DNA of 64,000 bases from Eledone cirrhosa (lineage: Eukaryota): the NCBI GenBank assembly GCA_964016885.1, contig OZ024743.1:162254001-162318000 (forward strand), given 5' to 3'. Below are positions 44,578 to 56,499 of this stretch, piece by piece; within the stretch, counting starts at the first letter, position 1, and the number at the start of each line of letters is the position of its first letter. The position numbers and the translations under genes are program-made. The notes under the pieces are model-generated. The model ran no database searches and was not told where the DNA came from. It saw only the letters and a program-made list of their open reading frames with translations.

Positions 44578-44742
44578 GATAATTGTTTCTACTTTAGGCA
44601 CAAGGCCAGCAATTATCCAGTGCATTACTGGTACTTTATTTTATCGACCCCGTAAGGATGAAAGGCAAAGTCAACCTCGGCGGGATTTGAACTCAGATCG
44701 TAAAGGGACGTAACTATGCTGGAAAGCATGGCGTCCGACCCT
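44578..44742 (-). mobile_element. SINE family A
   Basis: Essentially identical to 21324-21485. Confidence 0.88.
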
Positions 44743-45047
44743 TGGAATCTGCTACTTTGTTGGGTTGAAGTCAGAGACGTCAGGAGTAAAGTGAGCATAA
44801 GAGACTGACTGACAGATAAATAGATAGATAGATTTCTTTATTTACCATAAAGGCATAAAAAGAAGGGACAAATACAAAGGGGGAGTTTACATATAATCGA
44901 GTAAAAAGGGTGTAACATGAAAATAATCGAAAATAACCTCAAAAGGGAGGGGACGTGATGGGGGTTGCACACACCCCCGAAAAAGTGTGCAATCCTTTGC
45001 CCGGGGAGCACATGGAGAAGGTGCTCCCCTCTCCTTTACTTCTTTAC

Positions 45048-48000
45048 CTACAGGATGGTATACAGAGAAGGCCCATTTACACGAGCCATTCTCGCCACTA
45101 TCACCCACCTTTCATAAAACTGCCTGTGGCCAAGCACCTCTCTCTCCATTCTTATCCTTCTTCCGAAGTGATATCGGAAGAAGTAGACCAGACTATGGCC
45201 AGAGAGGAAGTTGCCTGACCTCAGACCTTTCAATCGTGTCCACCAAACAACCTCTTTCAACATGGCTATTACGCACAGAAAAACCGCCTTTGCTTCCTTT
45301 GTGAAGAGGGGAGGCGGTTTGATTGTCATCACGGACTCGGCGGTCAATTTAATTGGCGCCACCCGCGACAGCAGTTGTTCGGCGTAGCCCCACAGATCAG
45401 CCACGCCCGGACATTGCACCAATGCGTGCGCTACGGTTTCTTCGTGACGCACGCATCTAGGGCAAATCTTTTTTGAGGGATCCCTGCCCGGGCGCCCGTG
45501 TCTGTAGAGCCTCTCTCGAACGGGTAGAGCCCCTCGGTAGCACTGCCAGGCCAGTGACTTCTGGAAGTTGTCCATTGGTCCTGGGCCGAAAGTCCTACCG
45601 AACAGGCTGGCCAGTTCGTCTTCTTCCATGTCCAGCGACTCTCCAAGGGTGTCATCGCCCCTGCTAGCCACCAGCCCTCTATAGAATGATGAGGTGGATT
45701 CTCCACCGATGGCCCGGCCCGCTTGCCAGAGAGCCCTGAGCGCCTGAGCACACTCAGTGTGCCAGTCTCCCAGTTTTCCGGATCTTTGCTTGACCCAGGA
45801 CTGTAGCTCGGTGAGTGAGACGAGTCTCGGAAAGGCTCGTTTCACGAACGGAGCCCACACCGGTTGACCAGTGAGGAATACCTGTAGGTGCCGTAGCCTT
45901 AATGCGTGCCTACGCATCATCAACCACGGCATCCCCAGCCCTCCTTTCGAAGGTTGTTGGCAGCAGATGGATCTTCTCACCATAGGAGGACGCTTCTTCC
46001 AAAGAAATTGGAAGAGCATGCGTTCCATGGTGGTGAGTGTTTCCTTAGGGCAAGGCACGACAGTCAGGCGGTAGTAAGTGACGGACGCTATGTAAATGTT
46101 CGCCACCTCCGCCCGGCCTTTTAGGGACAGCTTACACTTGGCCCATTTCTGGGTTAGTGCAAACACCTTGTTCGTAACCTCGTTCCAGTTCTTTTCCACC
46201 TGGAGGTCCGGTCCAAACCAGACCCCAAGCAACTTTACCGGGCCCTCCGTCCAGTGTCCGACGACACCGTCAGGAGGCATCGGTTTGCCTCTCCACGTTC
46301 CGAGTTGCAGCCCGATGGATTTTTCCCGGTTCAGTTTCGCTCCTGACAACCTTTCGTACTCCTCCAGTAAGGTACCGATCGCCTCGATCTCCGAGTCGGT
46401 TGATACCATTACTGTTACGTCATCGGCGTAGGCCGACACCGCTTTGCTCAATCCTGGTTCCAGGGGGATACCCTGCAACAACTCCAACTTCCTCAGTAAA
46501 GGCTCGAGAGTCAATACGTACAGAAGGGAGGAGAGAGGGCACCCCTGTCGAATGGATCGTGTGATTTCGAACGGCTTCGAAAGGTAGCCGTTCACCTTGA
46601 TCCTAGAACAGATGTGGTTGCTATGTAGGGCAGTGATCCAGCCTCTGAAAACAGGACCGAACCCAGCCGCCGCTAGCACCGCATCCAGGTAACCATGGTC
46701 GACCCTATCGAAGGCCTTAGACTGATCCAAGTTGATCAGGGCCCCACCGAAGCCGGGTTTGTTGCCAACCCTCTCTATGATGTATCGCATGAGGTGGAGG
46801 TTATCGTGAATGGACCTGGATGGGATAGCACATGTCTGCGCATCTCCCACCAGGCCACCCACGACAAGCGCCAACCTCTTTGCTAACACCTTGGCCAAAA
46901 TCTTTAACTCTGTGTTTAGCAGGGTTATGGGCCGAAAATTATTTATACTATCCCCCTTTTTCTCGTCCTTCCTCACCAGCGTGACTACGCCCTTGGCTAC
47001 AGAACAAGGAATTCTCCCGTTCTGCTGCCAATTGCAGTAGACCGCTTCGAGGAGTTCGGAGAAGAAGACCGGCATTGCTAAATAAAGTTCGTAAGGTATA
47101 CCATCGAGACCTGGAGATTTGCGTCTGCTGCATTGGCTCAGCGCATCTCCGATCTCATCAGCCGAGATTGGTCCCTCGCAGGACTCTGCCTCTTTGTTCG
47201 AGAGACGCGGCAGGCCGTCGAGGTATGGACCGAAATCCACGCCCCGGCCCGGACCCTCGCCTCCCCCGAACAATCGGGCAAAGTGCTTTTGAAAGGCCTC
47301 GCACATCTGCTTAGGCTCCCGGATCACTCGTCCATCTTCGTCTTGCAACGACCGGATGGTGGATCGATTTCCACTTTTAGCTTCTGTCACGCGGGCCCAT
47401 CCAACGGCTTTGGCCCCCTCATTACCTAGAGCACGTATTTTACTTCGAATGACGCAGCCTTCATGCTTTGCATCGAAAAACTGGTTCAAGGCCGTCCTCG
47501 ATGCCAGCACTCTGGCCACATCTTCGCTCTTGATTGCCTCTTCTAATTTACCTGTTAATTCTTTCTCGTTTCTATTCCTATTGGCAGCTAACATCTTGCT
47601 ATAACTTATTGATTCTGTTCTAATCTCTCTTTTGAGAGATGCCCACCATCGGTTGTTGACGATTGCACCCGTCAACCTCTCCTTAACTAATCTGCTAATC
47701 CGGTTTCTGTAAGTCTCTTTTGCCGGTAAAGACAAATTAAGTTTCCAGTAACCGGGACCCTGTCTATGTGTTTTCTCGAGATTGACCACGCAGGTCACTA
47801 ATTTGTGATCCGTGTAGCCAACCGTGCGCATTTCTGGACAGCTTAATATGTCCCTATCCTTACTTCTAACTAAGAATCTATCTAAGTACGATCTAGATTG
47901 ACCACTGTGGTTTCTCCAAGTCCAGGTAGGCACAGTTGGAAAATCTAGTCGATATCTATCGACCAAGTTAAAACGGTCGAGTAACCCCTTGAGGCTGTTA

Positions 48001-48486
48001 CACCCCCCCTCTATTAGGACATGCTCCTGCATAGTCCCAACGTGCATCCAGGATGTCATTCCAATCCCCCGCTAGAAGCAGGGAACGCGACGTTCCCAGA
48101 AAAGTCTCCAAACGCTGGAAGAAGTCGGGCCGTTCAGCTCCGAAAGGGGAGTAGACGGCGACCAGTCTCAAGGCCGCACTTTCACTACTGCCAACGTCTA
48201 GCACCAACAAACGACCCTCCGGGTCCGAGTGCACAACCTGTACGGCAAGACCCAGGTGTTTTTGCAGCAGCACGACAACCCCACCCCCACCTCCAGGTTG
48301 ACAGAGAGATGCATGCACCTCAAAGTCATCGAAGGTGGGGGCCAGCTGCCGCATGACGCTGATTCGAGTCTCACAGATAACCATTACATTTATACTACAT
48401 GACCTGAGGTCATTTAGAAGCTTTGCTTGCTTCCAAGTTGAGCCCAGGCCACGTGCATTCAAACATCCTACTCTTAACACATCCAT
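45048..48486 (-). CDS. LINE ORF2: APE endonuclease, reverse transcriptase and C-terminal zinc finger; one frameshift at the C7/G7 run 48003-48009
   Basis: CLNARGL, ICETR, AVYSP, AGDWN, SYLDRF, TDHK, YWKLN, KSPGLDG, FRPITLLN, DQSKAFDRV, RQGCPLS, AYADD, GGLG, CPRC..ETVAHALVQC. Confidence 0.93.
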
Positions 48487-50408
48487 GTGGGCGGCAGAGC
48501 CAAAGGAGAGTGTAGAGACCTACCTTTCCGCTTCCCGGGGTTCGGGTTGCACGACTTCCATGGGGTCGGGGGTGTTGGGTGAAGGGGTGTCTTGTGGTGG
48601 TGTGGGGTCGTCGGTGTGTGGTGGGGTTGGGGTGTTTGGAGTTGTGTTGGGGAGGGGAAGGGGAGGGGAAGGGGAGGGGGAAAGCTTTTTAGTAGGACGC
48701 GGTTTATGGGTTTGACAGAGGGTGGTCCTACGTCCTCCTTAAAATCCTTTTTTAGTTTTTGGTAGAGGTTCATTGGGATTTTTATTAGTTTTAAATGTGG
48801 GTGGTTTTCTGATGAAACAAAGTTTACACCTTCGGTTTGTACCGAAGGATTATTGTATATGAGTTCATTTAATTTATTATTGTTTCTGTTGATGTAAGTA
48901 TAGTGTAATGTCTTTTTTTCCGATGGTGTGAGTGTTTCGAAGAGGGGAGGGGCAGGTTTGGTTTTGTTTGTTGCTGGAGGGGTGTTTTCTGTTTTGTTAG
49001 ATTGTGTTGCGATTTGGGTGGGGGTTGTTTGTCCTTGTGTGTTTTGCACATGTTTTCTTTTTTTCCTTTTAATCTGTCTGAAGGACTCCGTTTCTTCCTC
49101 CGAATTCGTTGGGTTATCTTCAGTGTTGGAGGGAAGAGGTATGTTTGCTGGTAATGTTTCCGTGTTGGTTTTCTTTGTGGGGGAGATGGATGTCACTATG
49201 TTAGACTGTGTTGTGTGTTGTGTCTGCGGTGGTTGTGTTGTTTTATTGAGTGAGAGGTTGGGTGGGCCTGTATTTTGTTTTGGGGTAATGTGTTGTGACT
49301 GTTTGTGTTGTGGTGGTGTTGTGGTGTTACTGAGGGACGGGTTGGGTGGGACTGAGTTTTGTTGTTTGTTTATCTGTTGTGGTGGTGGTGGTGGAGCTGG
49401 TGTTGGTAGCAGAGTTTTCTTTTTGTTGAGTTGTGGACAAGCGGCCTTCAGGTGCCCTCTGCCTGCACAGATATGGCAGGACGGCCTTCTCCCCTCCACG
49501 CTAATGTTTATATACCCGTGGTCCTCTAATAGGATTCTGTCGGGTATTTGGGCGATGCGTTCAGGCTTCATTTGTACTACCAGCTCTATACCTGTTCCAC
49601 TGAACGCATTGCCTGTGGTTTTCCCAATGGAAATCACGTTGTCATTCACTGGATCGATGAAGCCAGCTATGAGCCAGCAGTAGTCCACATCTGGCATCAT
49701 TGCATCCAGCCATATGCGTTGAGTTTTTTTTCCCATATAAGATGGATAAAAGGTGAAATTTTTCGAACGAATCGGTGACAAAGCACATTTTTTTGCCGCC
49801 GATTCGTTCTTCATGATAATTGCTAGGCTTCCATACAGTCTGTCTTTTCTTATGAAAGTTGTTTCATTCAGTACTTCTGCGAGTACTGTTTTGATATCTG
49901 CTTGAGAAGGCTGTTCAGGTTTTTTTGTACTGTTGTTGATGGTCCGAAACTTGACCGTTCGGCTTTCAATGTCTTTCGTGAATTCTTGAGGCATTTTTAC
50001 CAATAAAATACCATTCTCACCTTCACTTATGTATTGTTTTGCGTCCGTGATCCTTCGTACCACATCTGAAATGTTTTCCGCTATATAAGTCAAAGATTTC
50101 TTTGTTTTCTGTGCAAAAGAAATCTTGTCGTCTGCTTTGTTTTCTGATATGATGTTATTTTCAACTGTTATTTTTTTGTTTGTTGTGTCTTTGTTTGTGT
50201 TATTAGTATTGTCATGCAATTTTTCAAATTTTTTTTTTTCGTTGTTTTCGTCATTTAATTTTTCCTCCGCAGATTCGTCCGTTTTTATTTTCATTTTTCC
50301 TTCCTTCTCTATGACGTTAGTTGGGAAGGAAGGGAGGACTAAAGCGTGCGAGCTTACAACTCTTACCGCTGTCCCCCCACCACTATTTTCGTTCGCTGCG
50401 TTTAACAT
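48474..50408 (-). CDS. LINE ORF1 (gag-like, single CCHC knuckle, long P/Q/T-rich tail)
   Basis: 644-aa open frame with CHICAGRGHLKAAC; overlaps the ORF2 start by 13 nt; exact start codon uncertain. Confidence 0.85.
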   Translation of the reverse strand: MLNAANENSGGGTAVRVVSSHALVLPSFPTNVIEKEGKMKIKTDESAEEKLNDENNEKKKFEKLHDNTNNTNKDTTNKKITVENNIISENKADDKISFAQKTKKSLTYIAENISDVVRRITDAKQYISEGENGILLVKMPQEFTKDIESRTVKFRTINNSTKKPEQPSQADIKTVLAEVLNETTFIRKDRLYGSLAIIMKNESAAKKCALSPIRSKNFTFYPSYMGKKTQRIWLDAMMPDVDYCWLIAGFIDPVNDNVISIGKTTGNAFSGTGIELVVQMKPERIAQIPDRILLEDHGYINISVEGRRPSCHICAGRGHLKAACPQLNKKKTLLPTPAPPPPPQQINKQQNSVPPNPSLSNTTTPPQHKQSQHITPKQNTGPPNLSLNKTTQPPQTQHTTQSNIVTSISPTKKTNTETLPANIPLPSNTEDNPTNSEEETESFRQIKRKKRKHVQNTQGQTTPTQIATQSNKTENTPPATNKTKPAPPLFETLTPSEKKTLHYTYINRNNNKLNELIYNNPSVQTEGVNFVSSENHPHLKLIKIPMNLYQKLKKDFKEDVGPPSVKPINRVLLKSFPPPLPLPFPSPTQLQTPQPHHTPTTPHHHKTPLHPTPPTPWKSCNPNPGKRKGRSLHSPLALPPTWMC

Positions 50409-50728
50409 TTCTGTTAGACGATTGAAATTTTTTACACAAAATTTTTTAAAACAGGTTTTTCACCTCTAGGAGGAGTAAAGATGAGCTGACCCACCGCCTG
50501 ACAGTTCAGACGGAGGGTCAAGCTACACAATTGTATCAAAATTAAGTTTGAACTCACAAAATTTCCTCAATAAATTTGAACAAAACTTCTGTGCGAAGTG
50601 AATGACATCCACACTGTAGAACAGACGACAGCTAGATTAACAGATAAATAGATAGATAGATAGATAGATAGATAGAGACAGACAGAGAAGTTGGGGTAGG
50701 AGGAGTAAGTGATGGCGATGGGTGCACA

Positions 50729-50812
<84 letters not shown>

Positions 50813-51122
50813 TGTATATATATATATATGTGCGTGTGTGTGTGTGTGCACCACCATTTTTTTAGCAAGAAAAAACGTAATAACTCATTAAACGTAAATA
50901 CTCATTAACTCGGTATATATAGGATATCAAAGAGGCTCCATGTATTGAAAGATCATGAACGTCACCCACTCTTACCAACCTGGAAACAAAAGGTGTAACT
51001 TGTGCCTCACTGAATGTCTCCATATTTTAAAATGCAGACTAATCATTCTTAACAGAAAATCTGAAATTCTTTCCACCTACCTACATAAATGTTCTCAATC
51101 TTTCTATTTGAGTAAATATTAA

Positions 51123-51312
51123 AATAATTGTTTCTACTTTTGGCACAAGGCCAGCAATTACCCAGTACATTACTGGTACTTTATTTTATCGACCCCGTAA
51201 GGATGAAAGGCAAAGTTAACCTCGGCGGGATTTGAACACAGACCGTAAAGGGACGTAACTATGCTGGAAAGCATGGCGTCCGACTCTCTACTGATACTGC
51301 CAATCCACCGCG
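51123..51312 (-). mobile_element. SINE family A, full length
   Basis: Close match to 21322-21503. Confidence 0.88.
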
Positions 51313-51849
51313 GTACTATGTAAACTTTAAACAGATAAGGGTTTAACATATCTATAGGTAAACCTAATTAAACACGACTAGTTTTAATCGATTATACAAA
51401 TGTGTTTTTTTATATATATATATTTATAGATTAATTATTGACATAATAAATGTCTCGCCCTCTTCTAAATCCCAAATAATTCCTATCTTATACGCTAAAA
51501 ATTAACAAAGCCCAATAATTTTATAATCTTAATTTTTATTTTATTTTCAAAATTAATTTTAACTATAACTCACTAGTTAATCATTATTTCTCCCTGTAAA
51601 TTCAACAGGTTCTAACCCTAAGATTTTAATACAACAATTAATATACTCTCCATAGGAAAAATCTATCTCCTCTTTCCTTACAATATAATGTAGAAATAAT
51701 TCCTCCACACACCCAATATCTGTTATAACCACATAAATTGATATACACTTATACATCTTAAAATACGCATAGATGGATATATATATGTGGGGGGCGGGGT
51801 GTATGCGTGTGTATGCGTGTGTGTGTGTGCGGGTGTGTGTGTGTGTGTA

Positions 51850-52200
51850 TTAGTATTAGTGCTCTGAAATAACGATGTATACATGAATGTATACATATAC
51901 TGAAAGTTTAATTTAAAACATTTTGAAGACCATTTCTATGAGTTTTAAAGTAGTGACTATGTCACTTACTTTGTCTCGGCAAAAGCAAAGAAGAGTGATC
52001 GACAGTCCTGTTTCTCGCTTGTTAGCGTTTATCAAGACCACTCACTCCTTTGCTTCTGCCGAGAGTTATAGAAGCTGGATTCTTATAGAATTCCAGTAAC
52101 ATTTAAGAGCTGATTAAACAGAACGGTTGCCGGTCCAGCAAAAATTAGGTATTAGTATTGGTGCTCTGAAATAGCGATGTATATATGAATGTATGTATAG
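51850..52200 (-). mobile_element. PLE pseudo-LTR unit with terminal direct repeat and hammerhead (51993-52043)
   Basis: tattagtatt.gtgctctgaaata.cgatgtata.atgaatgtat occurs at ~51848 and ~52150; minus strand GAGTGGTC-TTGATAA-a-CGC..GCG-a-GAAA-CAG ga CTG-TC-GATCACTC. Confidence 0.75.
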
Positions 52201-52217
52201 TATATTTGGCAATATAC

Positions 52218-52254
<37 letters not shown>

Positions 52255-52255
52255 A

Positions 52256-52446
52256 TAACGAAGGAATTGTGGTAAGGAACCAGATGGACCATAACGCACC
52301 AGAGTACTCAATACTTAGGGTAGTAGAATGTGAAATAGGAAAAAGTATGACTCCGACGGCAGAGCTCAAGCCGTTTCGTCAGCTATTTCTGGACCAGAAA
52401 TAGCCGTTGAAACGGCTCGAGCTCTGCCGTTGGGGTCATACTTTTT

Positions 52447-52451
<5 letters not shown>
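52256..52451. repeat. PLE 3'-end fragment with fold-back palindrome (52335-52451)
   Basis: aggaaaaagtatgac...atttctgg-a-ccagaaat...gtcatactttttcct; flanked by (TA)n on both sides. Confidence 0.85.
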
Positions 52452-52518
<67 letters not shown>

Positions 52519-53667
52519 CATACATACATATACACACGCGCATATCTATAATATGTGTGTATGTTTATGACAATGCACATATAGGTGTCCAACTATGTAT
52601 GTGATTAGATGTAAGTATGTATATATGACTAGGTATAGACATCATTTTTGAAATTCTTATGGCGGTACTTTCCATATATTCTAAAATTACATGCAATATA
52701 AGTGTATCTTAACAATAATCTGACATCATCTTACTAGCATCTAAGTCTCACTAACAGCTTTTACTTATAAAAATTCCATGTAGTGGTTGGTCTTAATATA
52801 CATCTCATATTTGTTAACGTACAGTTTTATATGGCCAAGTATTAGTTATATAATAGTAAAACAAAATCATAGAATATAATAGTAAAATGGTATAATATGT
52901 TATATTATATCGTATTGGATTATATAATGTTTTGCTGTATGAAATGTTTATGCTATATTATGTTATATTATGTTACATTATATTATGTTATATTCTATTA
53001 TGTATTGTGCCAAGTTATATTATATATTATATATTATATATTATATATTATGATACGTGTGTATATATGCGTGACTATATGTTTGTATATATACGAGTGT
53101 CTATGTGAGTGTGTATATATATAGGTATGTGTGTATATGTATGTATACAAGCATATGTTGGTTCATTCTGAGTATCAATTCCCTAGTAAAAATAATTATT
53201 AAAAATTATTAACATGCTACATCGGTGAAAACTCTTCTAAACGGTATCTCTTCTAACGGTACCTTGATCATTAATTCAGTGGATAATTATAAGTATGATT
53301 TGGCACACAATAAATCAGAACAATAATTTAACAAATAACATTAATAGAATAAACAACACCAGGTTAAAATAACACCGCTTTACTAATTTTGAATTTACCG
53401 ATGGTAGTCAAATCGTTGAATTTAAATTTAAAAAATGCATGTTACAGTGTAATATGAATTCAGCTAATTTACCCCTCTACACAGATTGTATCTTCGAACC
53501 AGATTAATATTAGTATTAATGGTAATTGACGTATACTTCTTATATGTATATATATTTTTTTTTATGCGAAATGCTTACTGCTGCTTCTTAAATAACTTCC
53601 ACTTCTACATATCTAACAACAAATATTCTAACTGTATAAGGAAAATTAATAATAAGATTTTGAATAA

Positions 53668-53800
53668 TAATAATTGTTTCTACTTTAGGCACAAGGCCAG
53701 CAATTACCCAGTGCATTACTGGTACTTTATTTTATCGACCCCGTAAGGGTGAAAGGCAAAGTCAACCTCGGCGGGATCTGAACTCAGATTTGAACTCAGA
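53668..53800 (-). mobile_element. SINE family A, 5'-truncated
   Basis: Same 3' and central domains; AAT repeats on both sides. Confidence 0.85.
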
Positions 53801-53905
53801 TTTTGAATAATAATAATGTAATGCTTTTCACCTTAATCTATAATTTTGTACGTTGTAACAACTCCGTGTACAATCTGTTTTTATATTTGATTGCGTGCTT
53901 TATAC

Positions 53906-54286
53906 CAGTGTTTCTCAAACTTTTTGACCCCCGGGCCCACTTTTAGCTCCCGAAAAATGTCCGGGCCCACTTATTTTACAAGCGTAAACTAGTGCTCAAA
54001 AACTATTCCGGACTATAACTCCCACATGATATATATATACTAGTGCTTCTCAATCTTTTTGTTCTCCCGGCCCACTTTACTCCCTAGAAATTGCCAGGGT
54101 CTGTGCTCAAAGAGCATTCTGGAACACTTACCCCCATATGATCCCGACTGCATTTAAATTTTGTGTGATCTTAAGTTCCAAGAAAGTCTGAAAAAAATTT
54201 CCAGGCCCACTGAAATTTCTCCGGGCCCACTTAAAATTGTCCCGGGCCCACTGAGTGGGCCCTTGGCCCACCGTTGAGAACCACTG
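53906..54286. mobile_element. hAT (Charlie-like) MITE
   Basis: TIRs CAGTGTTTCTCAA / TTGAGAACCACTG; 8-bp TSD CTTTATAC at 53898-53905 and 54287-54294; repeated GGCCCAC motifs. Confidence 0.9.
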
Positions 54287-54360
54287 CTTTATACCCAGTG
54301 TTTGATATGGGGGTCTATTCTTGTTACTCTTTGAATTTGATAAACTTTGTTCCTTCTCAC

Positions 54361-54480
54361 ATTTCCTGAAGAAATGCAGTTATATATATTGTGTATGGTG
54401 TTGATAATTGGTAATTAATTATTTCCGATTGTTTTCATATGCAAGTACTATTGTAACAGTATTGAAACGGGCGTAGAAAT
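54361..54480 (+). ncRNA. Type I hammerhead motif with ~80-nt stem II insert
   Basis: ATTTC-CTGAAGA-AATGC...GTATT-GAAAC-gggc-GTA-GAAAT; followed ~50 nt later by (TA)n. Confidence 0.65.
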
Positions 54481-54544
54481 TAAAGAATGGATATAAGTTA
54501 TTAACCTTCGTCTTTTGTTATTTTGTATGTATGTATATGTATAA

Positions 54545-54875
<331 letters not shown>

Positions 54876-54879
54876 TCTG

Positions 54880-55172
54880 TGTACGGACCCCCTTCGGTTA
54901 TAATGACCATTGGATTTGCACCTAGAATGTAGGCACAAGTCCGGCAAGGTTGTTTATGGAAGACCAGCATACCAGTCTCCCCTCTCCATGCCACCAATGA
55001 TGTCCAAGGGAGAAGCAAAGTCCGATACAACTCGGTACCAGTAACGTCGCAACTCATTTCTACAGCTGAGTTAACTGGATCAACGTGAAATAAAGTGTCT
55101 TGCTCAAGGACACAACACATCACCCGGTCCGAGAATCGAACTCGCAACCTCACGATTGCAAGTCCAACACAG
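54880..55172 (-). mobile_element. SINE family B
   Basis: 55081-55165 matches 13292-13375; B box GAGTTCGATTC on the minus strand. Confidence 0.8.
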
Positions 55173-55193
55173 TAATATATATATATATATATA

Positions 55194-55803
55194 CTAGCAT
55201 TAAAGCCCGGCGTTGCTCGGGGTCAGTAAGTTACCAAAGTTAGGTTGCACCACCCATTTTATGGCAGCACTTTTTTGTCTGCCAGGCACTGGGTGAATGA
55301 ATTGCAGACCTGGACTGCCGAAGCAGGAGCTGCGCCAGCAGTGACAATTGTAGTTTCGCCTATGGATATTATCTCTGCGCAAAGAAGTGTTGAAATTTAT
55401 TATTTCACGGTACTTGCCCAACACGCGCGTAGACGATGCCAGCCGAACAACAGAGCTGCGATGGAGTTGTTCTGCATGGTGTCTGTGTGTTTTCTAAATT
55501 TAAGACAGTAGGGAGGGTGTAATATGGGGGAGAGTTAGCTGCTGTTTCTAGCAGGTTTAGTGACCTCATAGAGGATATTATTGTGTATAGTAAATAAACT
55601 GATACTTCTTCCTTCCACGTTCGTTGAGAGATGTTTTAAAAAAGATTTATCGCTATTTTTTTTGTTGTTGAATAAATTTATCTGTTGCTTTTGAATAATT
55701 GTTGTTTCGTATGAAATGTAATAATCTTTGTTGTCATTGAAGTAAATACATGTTTGACCGTTCCACACTCAAAAACAAACGTTTTCTCTCTCTCTCTCTC
55801 ACT

Positions 55804-55856
<53 letters not shown>

Positions 55857-56198
55857 TCTCTCTCTCTCCTTCATTTCTTTCTCTCTTCTTTCTTCGAAGT
55901 TTGTAAGTTTAAGCGTATATAAGAGAAAGTTGCAGCATGTATGTAGTTTTATCTAATTTTAAGGGGAGTAGAGAGAGGAAAGCAGATTGTATTAGAGGGT
56001 TAAAGCGTCATGTATTTAGTTTTATCAATTATTTCCGTAATTATGGGTGAGTTTAAAAGAAAGAAATAGTCGTTGACCTAAGTTAAACCATTTACAACAT
56101 TCTTACAGACTTTGAGTCGAATCGGTTTGAAATTGTGCAAATGTATAAACATGGAACATGCACACACACACAACAATCTGCTTTTATAGATAATGATG

Positions 56199-56200
<2 letters not shown>
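55194..56200 (-). mobile_element. Probable non-autonomous Helitron
   Basis: Minus-strand 3' end CCCGAGCAACGCCGGG-ctttaatg-CTAG|T; 5' end TC..TATAAAAGC..(GT)n..AACCGATT typical of Helitron MITE-like elements. Confidence 0.6.
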
Positions 56201-56255
<55 letters not shown>

Positions 56256-56465
56256 CTCTTCCTACTCTTCTGTATATTTCCGTTTCTTCTTTTGTTTCTC
56301 ATTATATATTTTGATGACGGACTAGCGTCCGATATGTTAAGACTATTTTCTAATTCTATCAAACGTTAAACTAATATATATATTTTCATTGTACTGCATT
56401 GTTTAATTTCTTGTTTTTCGTTTACTTTTCGCATACATATGTGTGTATGCGTTAGTTCGTGAATT

Positions 56466-56499
<34 letters not shown>

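Larger units (their letters stand above)
44834..50639 (-). mobile_element. Apparently full-length L1/Tx1-type LINE with target-site duplication in (GATA)n
   Basis: ORF1 plus APE-RT ORF2, AATAAA close to the 3' end, ACAGATAAATAGATAGATAGAT at both 44812-44833 and 50640-50661. Confidence 0.92.

Noticed and set aside
45431-50469. Antisense and alternative-frame ORFs inside the LINE (e.g. 251 aa at 48928-49683)
   Set aside because: Shadow ORFs of ORF1/ORF2 caused by compositional bias
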